DNA of 63,801 nt, the filler included, from Octopus bimaculoides (taxonomy: Eukaryota), in the NCBI RefSeq assembly GCF_001194135.2. It is 10 parts of 9 records of this genome, joined end to end, with 100 filler letters (N's around TTAATTAATTAA, not from the genome) between each part and the next. Parts side by side here need not be neighbours in the genome. Positions count along the whole stretch, not along the records: positions 1 to 5,174 come from NC_068983.1; positions 5,275 to 7,570 come from NC_068989.1; positions 7,671 to 10,986 come from NC_069007.1; positions 11,087 to 22,134 come from NC_068998.1; 6 more parts are not named here. The stretch is one strand, 5' to 3'. The translations under genes and the position numbers were made by a program. The notes under the pieces were generated by a model, which worked only from the letters and a program-made list of their open reading frames with translations, was not told where the DNA came from and ran no database searches. Positions within the stretch are counted from its first letter, which is position 1. Each line of letters opens with the position of its first letter. Below are positions 1 to 11,676 of the stretch, one piece after another.

Positions 1-199
1 ATATATATATATATATATATAAAATTAAGTTACTCAGAAATCTGGATGTTTGTACGTTTACAGATTTTTATTAATGTCATATTAAATGAAGCGCTTTTCA
101 CCTTGTCATGTAGGTTTTTCAAATTGTTTATATATATATATAAAGATCAACGTTTAATCCCGAGCCATAGGATTATAACCAAATTTCCCCGATTCTGTA

Positions 200-370
200 A
201 CAAATATTGTTGGTTTGTTTACATCCCCGTAATTTTCTGGTTCCGCAGAAGTAACCTATAGAATAAGTATCGCGCTTTAAAAGACAGAAATCATGGGATA
301 GATTTATTCGACTAAAGCCTTTCAAAGTGGTGTTCCAGTGTGACTGCAGTCCAGTGATAACAAAATGCAA
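200..370 (+). mobile_element. Degenerate 3' part of SINE family B
   Basis: ...tgtttacatccccgtaa...gttccgcagaag...atagaataagta...ttcgactaaa...gtggtgttccag matches the 3' half of the copies at 34630-34800 and 63257-63390. Confidence 0.7.
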
Positions 371-521
371 AAGATAAAGTCGAAGACAATCCGTATTTAT
401 ATAATCATTAATTATAAATATCACAATGTCCACATTATTCATTATTGAGTGTAACACATTGAAACAAAGCAAATATTTTAATAATTCCAATAGAATAGAG
501 CATCTTTTCACCAGATATTTG

Positions 522-527
522 TTTATT
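522..527 (-). terminator. Candidate polyadenylation signal AATAAA of the SULT gene
   Basis: tttatt on the plus strand, 60 nt downstream of the SULT stop codon. The motif is common in AT-rich DNA. Confidence 0.45.
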
Positions 528-586
528 GCCAAGACAATCTCTTGTAAATAATGTTACAAACTTTTACTTAAAAGACATTAAATAAC

Positions 587-693
587 TCAAAAATTAAAAT
601 TGATTCCCTGGTCAATGAGCTGTGATTGGATGCAAGCATCTATTCTCTCGCTTTGTTCTACAGTTAACCACTTTTTCCAAGTCGCAATTTGAC
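587..693 (-). CDS. SULT-family gene, last coding exon with stop codon
   Basis: Acceptor ttttag|GT, translation (G)QIATWKKWLTVEQSERIDACIQSQLIDQGINFNF*, TGA at 589-587. Matches the SULT C-terminus G.vGDWKn.fTvaqne.fD and contains KxxxTVxxxE. Confidence 0.92.
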
Positions 694-2452
694 CTAAAAA
701 AAAATTATTAAAAATTTTATTATGAATTCAGTTCTAGCATTTATCATAGTAAAGAATGCCAAAAACAGCAGATTGTCAAGCATATTCAGATTTGGTATAT
801 AATCATGTGCCTCCATTTTAAAATCTTGTGGTGCAATAAAACAAATCGTAATAATATACTGAGATCTATCCATCTTCTTTACAGACTTCTGGTTTTATNN
901 NNNNNNNNNNNNNNNNNNNNNNNNNNNNNNNNNNNNNNNNNNNNNNNNNNNNNNNNNNNNNNNNNNNNNNNNNNNNNNNNNNNNNNNNNNNNNNNNNNNN
1001 NNNNNNNNNNNNNNNNNNNNNNNNNNNNNNNNNNNNNNNNNNNNNNNNNNNNNNNNNNNNNNNNNNNNNNNNNNNNNNNNNNNNNNNNNNNNNNNNNNNN
1101 NNNNNNNNNNNNNNNNNNNNNNNNNNNNNNNNNNNNNNNNNNNNNNNNNNNNNNNNNNNNNNNNNNNNNNNNNNNNNNNNNNNNNNNNNNNNNNNNNNNN
1201 NNNNNNNNNNNNNNNNNNNNNNNNNNNNNNNNNNNNNNNNNNNNNNNNNNNNNNNNNNNNNNNNNNNNNNNNNNNNNNNNNNNNNNNNNNNNNNNNNNNN
1301 NNNNNNNNNNNNNNNNNNNNNNNNNNNNNNNNNNNNNNNNNNNNNNNNNNNNNNNNNNNNNNNNNNNNNNNNNNNNNNNNNNNNNNNNNNNNNNNNNNNN
1401 NNNNNNNNNNNNNNNNNNNNNNNNNNNNNNNNNNNNNNNNNNNNNTTTCATGTCGAGTTTTTTTACTTAGTCAGTTTCATTAATTTCATATCATGTGCTA
1501 TTTTTCCATGATCCTCTTTCAATTTGACTTATGTATTTCTAATTTTTGTTGCATTCCTGATCTTCCTTATGTCCAAGGATGGATATTGATGTGTATGAGT
1601 CTTTTTTTCAAATGCAATTCTAGAGAATTGAAGCGGCAAATTTATCTTATTTTGTCTTACTCATTTTGCCCCAGCTAAATTTGTCTTTTATATGCTCAAA
1701 GAGAACGGAGATAATTTTCTGAAATAGTGTTCTGAATATGTTAAAATACTTTCTAATGCATTTAGAGAAGGTAATTTGCTTAGTTGATATAGTTATTGTG
1801 AGATAGTGAACATTTGTAGAAGATATATTTTTTCTCAAAGTCAAAAACTGCAGTAAATGTTATTCATTCTGTCCCCTCCTCTAACTCTTTTAAATTCCAT
1901 TTATTTTTCTATTTTTCTGAATCCATTTCTTAGTCATAAAGAATATGCTTGAGCCTATTCCGTGTTAATAGCTGACTGAGAAAGAAATCTTCCTCGGAAT
2001 GTGCCACTAGACCCTAGCAATTAGCAATTAGATGTTTCTGCGGGAGAAATTGAAATTAGTACTGCAAACTAATGAAATGATCAATTTTTTTACATAGTGT
2101 TACTGCGACATTTACTTTGAATTAGTCTGACTGAAACGTTGAAAACAAGTTGTCTTAAACTCTGATACGACACAGTCTACCGAGTCCTCAACTGATTACC
2201 TAGTAATCCGTCAACTTTTCAAATTTTTCCTTGCACTCCTTTGAAAACAGAATTGGGTTTCCTCGTCGTTATGACAAATATATTGGGAAGTTATGAGTTC
2301 TACAGAGCGAAACATAAACTCTTGGTGAACCTGACCTGTATTGGTAGTTATTTAGCTTTACTTATAAATTTAATGTCCGTGGAAACTGCACTAATATCAC
2401 ACCTTCATTTTGTTATTCCCCTTAAATATGCTGATATCAACTGTAAACATAC

Positions 2453-2630
2453 CATTGTGATAAAAAGATCCATTGTCCCGGAATAGCTCTTTTGAAAAAT
2501 TAGAACTTTCGGTACTTTTTTCAGTTATCATCTTCTCAAACGAACACATGTCAATGATGTTTTCAGCTAGCTGGTTGCTAATAGACTTCCCGAGAAACTT
2601 GGCAATACGAGACACTACTTCAAAGGGAAA
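2453..2630 (-). CDS. SULT-family gene, penultimate coding exon (178 nt, phase 0 in, phase 1 out)
   Basis: Acceptor cttataacag|TTT, translation FPFEVVSRIAKFLGKSISNQLAENIIDMCSFEKMITEKSTESSNFSKELFRDNGSFYHN(G), donor G|gtatgt. Matches SULT ..ev.kIa.FLg.....I...tSF..Mk.....FmRKG, with the intron at the usual position inside the Gly codon. Confidence 0.93.
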
Positions 2631-4004
2631 CTGTTATAAGAAATACAATAAAAAATTAAACAGACTATTTTGATAATTGCTCTTAAGTATCATCATGAAA
2701 TAAGCGTGTGACATACAAATAACTCATTTATATTAAAGAAAATATTTTTAAACTGTAGAAAGTATTGCTTTTTAATTTAATAGCTATTACTAGTATGTAC
2801 ATATTTAATGTATACTATGTATAAGCTGATGTTTAGAAAAATAAGTAACAACAATGCTCCACAAACACTAATCTAGGTGATGTATCCTTTCCCTAACTTT
2901 TTCGTTCCTACAACTCTTTCTACTCCTATACTCTAACGGATTATGTACCAATTTCTTCACCTACATCTCACTTCCCTTTACTGTAATCATGCCCAACACA
3001 AAACACATCTTTCCCAAAATGTACCGGCCTAAATTTTGTTCCTGATAGACATGGAGCTGTAACTATATCCAATTGAACCTCAAAAGTATGATATAACCTT
3101 TCCGAGGTTACTTGTTACGAGTAGAAGCACTTTCTGTAAAGTGACAGTAGTTGTTGGATCTGAAATATTTTCTAGCAATGAAGTGAAAAGCTGTCCTATA
3201 TATGGTAAGGATGTAATTTCGCCTTGACAAATCCACTGTGAAAGTGAGACGCCTCATTTGTAGCAACTATGAGGGCTCTAACTCTGTGCTATTAATGTTT
3301 TGACAACGACATTGTGCCTGATGGGTTGTTAGTAAGGAAATGATCAGTCCCAGACCCTTTTTTCTTGATCTGCTATGGCTCCATTTTACAGAGATTTTAG
3401 CTCTCGGGCTTTAAAATGAATGGTTTGTATCTCATCTAGTGTCCAATTAACAACCACAAATATTGGTGCGAGTAGTAGTACTGAAAATACATTGTGTGTC
3501 GTTCATTGTTTGTTTTCTGCTATTTCTGAGGCCTATGCTTTTTATCACTGTGCAATACTTTTTGGTTATGCGTTCTTTGTTACAAGTATCACCATAGATT
3601 ATATTTTCACCCTGTTTATGAATGAGTAGCGCCAAGCGCGGAATAAACAAGATGACATAAAGCCATTGAGAGCGATGTTTCTAAAGTATTTTCTTTGCAT
3701 ATGCTTATTTATATATGCGTTTATGTAGGCATGTATGGTTGTGTATGTGTATGTCATTATGTATGTATGTTTGCTTATTTGTACATATGTACATACGTAT
3801 GTATGTACGCATACACCATAGCGGAAGAAATTAGAATTTAAGAGATCGTAATCTTTGTTCTCTAACAAATATTATCTGCTTTAACTACATATAAAAATGA
3901 ATATAATCACTGATACTAAAAGCCTATTCGGGTTGAACTAAGAACTAATAAGTTTTATATCAGTCGATGAATGACAAAATAACGGGTGACGTAAACATAC
4001 TTAC

Positions 4005-4102
4005 CTTTTTCATTTCTTCATAAGTTATTGCTATAGCATTTGGATTGTCTTTAATCAGGCGCCAAAGTTCATGCGTGTATTCGAAAAATTGCCCGCCGAC
4101 CA
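4005..4102 (-). CDS. Cytosolic sulfotransferase (SULT)-family gene, third-to-last coding exon (98 nt, phase 1 in, phase 0 out)
   Basis: Read by hand: acceptor tttgtag|TG, translation xVGGQFFEYTHELWRLIKDNPNAIAITYEEMKK, donor AAG|gtaagt. Matches the SULT segment v.yGsW.dHv..wW....pnvLf..YEdmk. Joins in frame to exon 2630-2453. Confidence 0.9.
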
Positions 4103-4479
4103 CTACAAAATTAGAGAGTAATTTCAAGCAAAGTGTAACAAAAACTAAATCAGCTATTTCTGAGTATATCGTATATATATATATACATTATAAGTTCTTG
4201 TGTTTGTATATAAACGTGGGATGGTGGTGCATGTGAACCTCTGAGGTTCTATCTGAAGTGAGCTAATCATCCTTATAATTCTTAATATTGGCTTGTCTCT
4301 CAGATAGTATACATTGCCTATACGAATTCTTCGTTATCACGTAGCTCCACAATTATTGCCATTACTCTTGTGCCCCATTTTGAATAATATTCAACTCTGT
4401 TGTGCTTGATCAAATGCAACGTAAGGATATCTGTCGCTATTCTAATACTGGGTGCAATATATACATATACATACATATA

Positions 4480-4905
4480 TATATGCCCTCTACAAACCCA
4501 TTGTAGAAGATCTAATGTAATATATAAATGCACCGTTCTCAACACATTACACAGCTCTACAGCTATATATATAGGATCAACCATAAGTTTTAAATAGCGA
4601 TATGCCGCTCATCTCAATTCTTTTAAATACGAGAAACATTAAATCAACAACACTCGCCAGTCACATACATCACCTCAAAAATAGAAATATTCCCTACACA
4701 TTTTCATGGTCCACAATAGATTCTGGGCTTCCATACCAAGGTCAACGCTTAGCCTGTAAGTTATGCCTTAAAGAGGTATTCCACATATTAAAACACAACT
4801 CCTCAACACTATCAAACAAATATAATGATGTCCTAAGTATATGCAACCACCACTTTTTTCACACGTTCAAATTTTACCACAAATCGAAATGCAACCTAAA
4901 TAAAA
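4480..4905 (+). mobile_element. Penelope-like element fragment (GIY-YIG endonuclease, Naiad-like), decayed
   Basis: CPLQTHCRRSNVIYKCTV..TAIYIGSTISFK*RYAAHLNSFKYEKH / STTLASHIHHLKNRNIPYTFSWSTIDSGLPYQGQRLACKLCLKEVFHIL..ICNH. This fits the CPL.g.C..vIY..YIG.t..FK.Ry..H..SF / St.Ls.yiw.LK..W.i / C.LC..Ek pattern. One stop and one frameshift. Confidence 0.85.
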
Positions 4906-5110
4906 ACACATTATATATCTGCAACACCCCGTAGGCAATCCCCAACAACCCTACTTATCTCCATCTTAATTTTTAATCTTTAATTAACTCGTCTATTTTA
5001 CTTTAAGGATCACAATCATTTGATACTACATATATGAACATACAAGCGGATACATGTGGGTGTGTAAATGTGTGGACAGGTATTTTATGTATGTATGCTT
5101 TTGCATGTGG

Positions 5111-5143
<33 letters not shown>

Positions 5144-5174
5144 TGTATGTATGTATGTATGTATGTATATATAT

Positions 5175-5274
5175 NNNNNNNNNNNNNNNNNNNNNNNNNN
5201 NNNNNNNNNNNNNNNNNNTTAATTAATTAANNNNNNNNNNNNNNNNNNNNNNNNNNNNNNNNNNNNNNNNNNNN
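5175..5274. other. Assembly gap with artificial six-frame stop linker (one of nine)
   Basis: 44 N + TTAATTAATTAA + 44 N. The same linker occurs at 7615, 11031, 22179, 23489, 25704, 56590, 60663 and 61932. Confidence 0.97.
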
Positions 5275-5573
5275 ATTGAGCGAAAACACCTAAAGCTCCA
5301 CGAGGCTCCAGCAGGGGATGGTGGCGAACCCTTCTTACTCTTTCACCACAACTTTCTCTCATTCTTACTTCCTGTTTCTGTTGTGCCTGTAATTCAAAGG
5401 GTCAGCCTTGTCACACTGTGTCACGCTGAATCTCCCCGAGAACTACGTTAAGGGTACACGTGTCTGTGGAGTGCTCAGCCACTTGCACGTTAATATCAGG
5501 AGCAGGCTGTTCTGTTCATCGGATCAACTGGAACCCTCGACGTCGTAAGCGATGGAGTGCCAACAACAACAAC
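5275..5573 (+). mobile_element. SINE family A, head lost in the assembly gap, (AAC)n tail
   Basis: High similarity to the reverse complement of the full copy at 53239-53622 (attgagcgaaaacacctaaagctccac...gagaactacgttaagggtacacgtgtct...ggagtgccaacaac). Confidence 0.9.
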
Positions 5574-5589
5574 ATTTAGGTATTGAATA

Positions 5590-6850
5590 TTCGGAACTTC
5601 AAGGTGGATTATTAGGGATGATGTGCTGTTTTAATTAATACCGTATCCAATAAGAAATTAGATTTGCATATGAAAAAGAAACAACAAAAATAACGCCATA
5701 GATTTATAAAAGATTTCGTTTATCTATTTCTATTGAAAACGAACTTCATTATCTTAATTACTTAGTTGTTACAGCCATATCATAAACCTAATACAAATTT
5801 GATGTATATTGATTTTAATAGCAATCATCCTAAAGTAATTACACGTACTTTGATTAAAAATAAACCGGACTTATTTCATTTTTATCTTCTAATGGGGGAA
5901 TTTTCAGTAGCAATGCTGAATACTATAATGTAGCCCTTAATAAAGCAGGAGATACACATAAGATTGTGTATTGTAGAAAGGATAAACAGTAAAAATCATA
6001 ATAATTCTAAATCGATACACAATGGATTGGGTAAACTTAGTAAATATAATGAAAATAAGTACTAAAGATTGTTTGCAAACATAACATAGCAGTCGTAGTT
6101 TATGACTAACGATGCTGTAATTTAGCCCCAGAAGACATCGTTTCCAGTTGACTATACGGCACGATCTGTCCTTATATTTTCGAACAAGAGAATCTAGCAA
6201 CCCCACTCAGTTCAAACGTTCAGTTTGTTATTCCTTTTGCAAGAAAAATAAAAACTAATTTAATTAAAACTTTTTACAGATCTATATTTAAATATCTTAA
6301 TAAGATAAATAAGTATAAATAATTAATAATAAAACGGTTAGAATTGGTTTTTCAGTATCTAAAACATCTCTACAATTATGTCTTCGATTAAAAACAATAA
6401 ATTAAATATATTTAATAATAATAGAAATAATAATACTTTAATTACTAACTCTAATAATGAACCAATTCGAAATCGTGTAGCTAGAACTTGTGATTGTATG
6501 TTTAAGGATAAATGTTATTTCAATAATTTTGTATCCCCCAAAAACTTATATACAGATGTCTTGTAGAATCTGAAGGGAATTGTTATTTTGCTATTGGGTT
6601 AACCGAAAATATCGTTAAATGGCTTGTTGCAAACAAAGAATATAATTCTAGAAACAGAATTGGAATTTGTAGCTCCAGTTTTAAGTACATTTTTATGAAA
6701 GTTGAAGGATAATAATAAATTATATAATCTTACATAGGAAAAAATTAGTCATGCTAGTTCCTATAAAATTACTCATAATACAGGTAAATTATGTGTGAAG
6801 GAAATGAAAAAAAATCACATCAGAAAAGAAACTTTTTAGCGACAAACAAG
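5590..6850 (+). mobile_element. Penelope-like element, 3' ~1.25 kb (RT C-terminal half, linker, GIY-YIG), heavily decayed, Naiad-like
   Basis: Motifs occur in the expected order across frameshifts: GL(Y)RDDVL (5606-5628, 1-nt deletion), KPNTNLMYIDFNSNHP, ISFLSSNGGIFSSNAEYYNVALNKAG, FVIPFARKIKTNL (cf. WFNPPFSkNVkTN), CDCMFKDKC, IYRCLVESEGNCYFAIGLTEN, KLCVKE. Confidence 0.8.
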
Positions 6851-7670
6851 AAAGTGTTCCATCTCATAAATACTCTCAAAAATATGTGTTTAGAAATTAT
6901 AATTAAGTTGAATTAATTATTTAGACGACTATTAGGTATTAAACTATAATCTTTGTTAGGTAATTAAATGTCATATTGTGATATAAGCTTTAGAAACTTT
7001 AGAATGTAAATATGTGTGTGTGTGTGTGTTTGTACGTGTGTTTTTCTGTGCATATGTAGATGTATGCTGCTATGTATATGTCTATATATGTATGTGTATG
7101 TGTATATATGTATATATCTAGTTTTAGATTTGTAATTTGTATATATATGTGTGTGTATATGTATGTATGCGCGTGTATGTATGTGTACATATATGCATGT
7201 ATGCATATGTAAAGGTATGTATATATGTATATATATGTATGTGTATATGTGTATATACATGTATCTAATATACATGTATGTATAAGTGTATGTATATATG
7301 TGTATACTATTATTATTGTTATTATTTAGTAAATAGGTTAGAATCGTCTACTTAATAATTTATGAAAGAATATAATAATAAATATTTATTAATCTAAGAG
7401 TATACTGTGAGTAAATTATCTTATTTAAATTCCATTATATTAAATTATAATTCTAGATTAGCTATAATTATTTAAATAGTTATAGGTTTTAAATTTGTAA
7501 AAAATATAATTATAAATATATTCTTTGTTTATTTTACCTTTATTCTATAGATACATTTATTTATATATATNNNNNNNNNNNNNNNNNNNNNNNNNNNNNN
7601 NNNNNNNNNNNNNNTTAATTAATTAANNNNNNNNNNNNNNNNNNNNNNNNNNNNNNNNNNNNNNNNNNNN

Positions 7671-7720
7671 AATAGTTTCTACGGTTGGATGCCCTTCCTA
7701 ACACCAACCGCTTTATAGTG
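7671..7720 (-). mobile_element. Fragment of SINE-type family D
   Basis: acggttggatgcccttcctaacaccaacc is the reverse complement of the motif at 23563-23595. Confidence 0.65.
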
Positions 7721-8436
7721 TGGGCTAGGTGCAATTTTTCGCGTCAAATGCACTATTGAGATCACCATTGCAGTTCGAAGGATTACGGACATGGAGGGAG
7801 GGGTCCGAGTATCTTCTTGTTGAGGGATCTACATGGCTACTCACATCTAGTAGGTGAAAGGGGGAGAGAGAAAGAGAAAACGATCAATCAGAGCTGCAAG
7901 AGATAGTGGCAATGAGGCAGGCGTACATGTGGCTCCCCACACGACACAAACTGGGTGGAGGTGGGTCGGTTGGTTAGCAAGATTGTATGGACACACGCGT
8001 GTGTGAATGCGTTTATAACTGATGGGAAAGAAAACCTGCTGTGCGAAAAAAAAGCCTAAATTAATCATTCGATTTCTATCGAAGTTACCAGACTGAGATC
8101 AGTTCTGGGGTCAATATGATCGAGTGAACTCCTTAAAGACGGTACAACACACAGGTCTCAATAACTGGAAATAAACATTAAACACCTATCACGGCTCCAA
8201 ATCATCCTGAATTGCCAAAAAACTGGCATCGAGATGTACCTAAAATTACACCCTTATTGTCTTAAATAACACTCAACACATTATCATACTTAATACATAG
8301 ACACTATGTTTTAAAGTTAGACAGGATTGCCACATCAAGAACGTAGGTGATCGATCATATGTCGAATTCGATTATGGTAGACCAAGGGCATAACGATGAC
8401 TTTCTATAATATAAGCCTTTCTATAATAGAAAAGGC

Positions 8437-8660
8437 TGAAAGCGGTGAGCTGGCAGAAACGTTAGCACACCGGGCGAAATGCTTAACGGTATTTCGTCAG
8501 CCGCTACGTTCCGCGAGGTCGACTTTGCCTTTCCATCTTTTCGAGATCGATTAAATAAGTACCAGTTACGCACTGGGGTCGATGTAATCGACTTAATCCC
8601 TTTGTCTGTCCTTCTTTGTCCCCCTCTGTGTGTAACCTCCTGTGGGCAGTAAAGAAATAA
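8437..8660 (+). mobile_element. SINE family C, variant with a Tx1-LINE-like 3' tail
   Basis: Head gcggtgagctggcagaaacgttagc (A-box-like), central gaggtcgactttgcctttccatcttttcgagatcgattaaataagtaccag (resembles the Meta-type SINE domain, inference), tail tttgtccccctctgtgtgtaacctcctgtgggcagtaaagaaa. Confidence 0.85.
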
Positions 8661-8812
8661 GAAACGTTAGCACGCCGGGCAAAATGCTTGGTGACATTTC
8701 GCCTGTCTTGACGTTCTGAGTTCAAATTCCGCCGAGGTCAACTTCGCCTTTCATCCTTTCGGGGGTCGATAAAATAAATTCCACGAAATTACTGGCCTTG
8801 TGCCAAATCGTT
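8661..8812 (+). mobile_element. SINE family C, second adjacent copy with the common tail
   Basis: gaaacgttagcacgccgggcaaaatgc...ctgagttcaaattccgccgaggtcaacttcgcctttcatcctttc...ggccttgtgcc. Confidence 0.85.
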
Positions 8813-10074
8813 ATAATTATTATCATTTGCCAAGATGTGAACTCAGAACGTACAGAGCTGGGACAGACAATAGTTTCTGATTTAGGCACAATGCTAGCAA
8901 TTTTGCGAGTATGAGTTTAGTCTGTGCCATCGATATGAGTACTCGACTGGTTCTTTATTTCATCAATCCCCAAAGAATAAAAAGCGAAGGTGACCTCGGA
9001 CTGGGAGAAATACTTTACAGCATTTCCTCCAACACAATTTACTATTCAATTAATAATTTTCTTTCCTAATTAAGGCACAAGCCTAGGAAGGGGAGGGTTT
9101 CGTCGATTCTATCAAACCCAGTGTTTGATCAGTACTTTTATTTTATTGGCTATGTTGGTCTCGGCGGGGTTTGAATTCAGAACGTAAAAAGCAACAAGGA
9201 ATACATCAAAGTATTGGATATGATGTTCTGATGATTCATTCAATCAACTGTTCTTGGCCACAAAGGGCCGACCGAACACCGTTGGGAGAACAGTACAGAA
9301 GGGGTTAAAATGTAGGAGTTTACAGAAGCGGCTAAAAACAAAAATGCCGCTATGCTGTCGCTACTTCAGTATGGATCACCTCTGATTCCCCCGTCATCCC
9401 AATACCATCTCACCTACCAAACTCTACCAAGTACTAAATACCCAGTCTACCCAAATCCCTCTTCACCAAATACTGAACAACTGCTTGGTCTAGTACCATT
9501 TGTCAAGACTTTTAAAGATGTCATCCACTTCTCTTTCCACGAACATCGCTTCTCTGTTGGGGCTTCCTGTAAGTCAGCGATTCTCAACCGGGATCCATAC
9601 GGCCCCCTGAGGGTTCATATAAGGTTTTGGTTGGGTCTGCACAACTAAATAGTAAATTGGAGAGATCTACAATAATATTTTAAGGACCCCTGTAAAAATT
9701 TTGCTTTAGATGTATGCATTTCTAATTTTGGCACAAGCCTAGGAAGGGGAGGAGTTCGTTGATCCCATCAAACCCAGTACGGTATGGCCAAATGGTCAGG
9801 AAAATTGCCTCACAACCAGAAGATCTAGGATTCGATCCCACTGTACGACTACTACTGCTGAGTTTAATCTTCCACACAGATTATCATCATCCAGTCTGCT
9901 TCTAGTATACTGATTAAGCAACCACTGTACTTAATAATATTACAAGTTATGATATACAGAACAAAGGTGGGGAAAATTGCGATAAAAACAAAGTTCATAT
10001 CATTTGTTCCTACGTACGTTTCACTAATGTGCTTGCTTGGAACTCTGCATTGGATGTTATGTGTGTATAAACAT

Positions 10075-10405
10075 TAGGTGTGGCTGTGTAGTAAGAAGCT
10101 TGCTTCCCGACCACATGGTTCCAGGTTCAGTTCCACTACATGGAACCTTGGACAAGTGTCTTCTACTTTGGTAGATAGAAACTGAAAGAAGCCTATCGTA
10201 TATGTATGTATGCGTGTGTACCGGTGTTTGTTCCCACTTGACAACCTATGTTGGTGTGTTTACGTCCTCATAATCTAGCGGTTCGGCAAAAGTGATCAAT
10301 GGAATAAGTACCAGGCTTTAAATGATAAAAAAAAGTACTGGTGTCGATTCATTCGACTAAAAATTCTTCAAGGTGGTGCCCCAGCATGGCCACAGTCTAA
10401 ATGGA
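10075..10405 (+). mobile_element. SINE family B (tRNA-like head, CORE-like segment, internal microsatellite), near full length
   Basis: gtggctgtgtagtaagaagcttgcttccc...ggttcagttccac...accttggacaagtgtcttctact...cggttcggcaaaag...ggtgccccagcatggcc. The accttgg(g)caagt segment resembles the CORE-SINE domain (inference). Confidence 0.85.
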
Positions 10406-10924
10406 GAATTTATATTACTTGTTTCAGTCATTGGACAGCGGCCATACTTGGCTGGCGCTGCCTCTGAATAACCAATTCTTAGAATTAGCGTGAGAAAATG
10501 GTTGAAACCCATCTAGTACAATCCTTCTCACGATGTTGAGTCGACTGGAAGCCATAGAGTAGATTCTACTTGTAAATCTCAAATGGTTCTTTTCGAGATG
10601 TCAGGCAAGGGGATCGAACAAGAGACACATATACTGTCTGGTTTCGTGAGGTGGGTTGCATGAAAACGTAGGACCGAAAGAACCTGACAATCTTTTCAGT
10701 GCTTGGTTTAGCATCAATGAAACTCGGATTTGAGATCACTGTTAACCTCTCTCTAGTCGACAGTTGATAGACGGAACGTCCCACAGTGCAAGCTGGGTGA
10801 TATATGCTTATGTACATATACACACATATATAACACACAGACAGATACACACAACGTGCGTGCACACACATCTAAACACACGAACATAGATGCCTATATA
10901 CTCACACACGGACGCGATCAAACA

Positions 10925-10986
<62 letters not shown>

Positions 10987-11277
10987 NNNNNNNNNNNNNN
11001 NNNNNNNNNNNNNNNNNNNNNNNNNNNNNNTTAATTAATTAANNNNNNNNNNNNNNNNNNNNNNNNNNNNNNNNNNNNNNNNNNNNTATATACGTAGAGT
11101 GAAAGAGAGAGAGAGATGTATATATATATATGTGTGTGTACGTACACATATACATATATGCATACATACATGCATAAATATATCCGTACATAGATATATA
11201 CATATTCATTTATAAAAACTTATATATGGATATTTATATACATATATATGTGTGTAAAATATATACATATACACACA

Positions 11278-11323
<46 letters not shown>

Positions 11324-11626
11324 TATATATATAAATATATATGCATATATATGTCTGCAGATGTATGTATATAAACATATATATACCTACGTATGATATG
11401 TTTGTAGCATAATATACATACATATGCACAGAAACAGACGTATATATTAATCACCCTTAACACAATATCAGACGCTACACATCATTGAAAATAGCAGCCG
11501 ACCCCCGAACCAGCCCCCCTTCCCGTCCTGCTTCATTCAACAAATGATATATATTGTCGATAATGTTAGCAGAACATCTATGGTAAGACATCAAATACGA
11601 AACACATCAAACAACACATGCACGCA

Positions 11627-11676
<50 letters not shown>

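Noticed and set aside
173-532. 119-aa minus-strand ORF downstream of the SULT stop
   Set aside because: Overlaps the SULT 3' UTR region and an antisense SINE fragment; no recognisable protein.
1450-3560. Possible decayed DNA-transposase remnants in the SULT introns (~1450-2400 and ~2950-3560)
   Set aside because: Only vague motif hints with many stops; no TIRs or catalytic motifs I can defend.
4480-6850. Possible selenoprotein-type Naiad (UGA at zinc-finger Cys positions)
   Set aside because: The recognisable Cys positions are TGT/TGC codons, and the stops seen look like ordinary decay.
9330-10800. Possible RT remnants at ~9330-9560 and ~10500-10800; similar hints at ~44150-44760 and ~45480-45680
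   Set aside because: Fragmentary resemblance to PLE, CR1 or RTE segments only; not supportable as features by eye.
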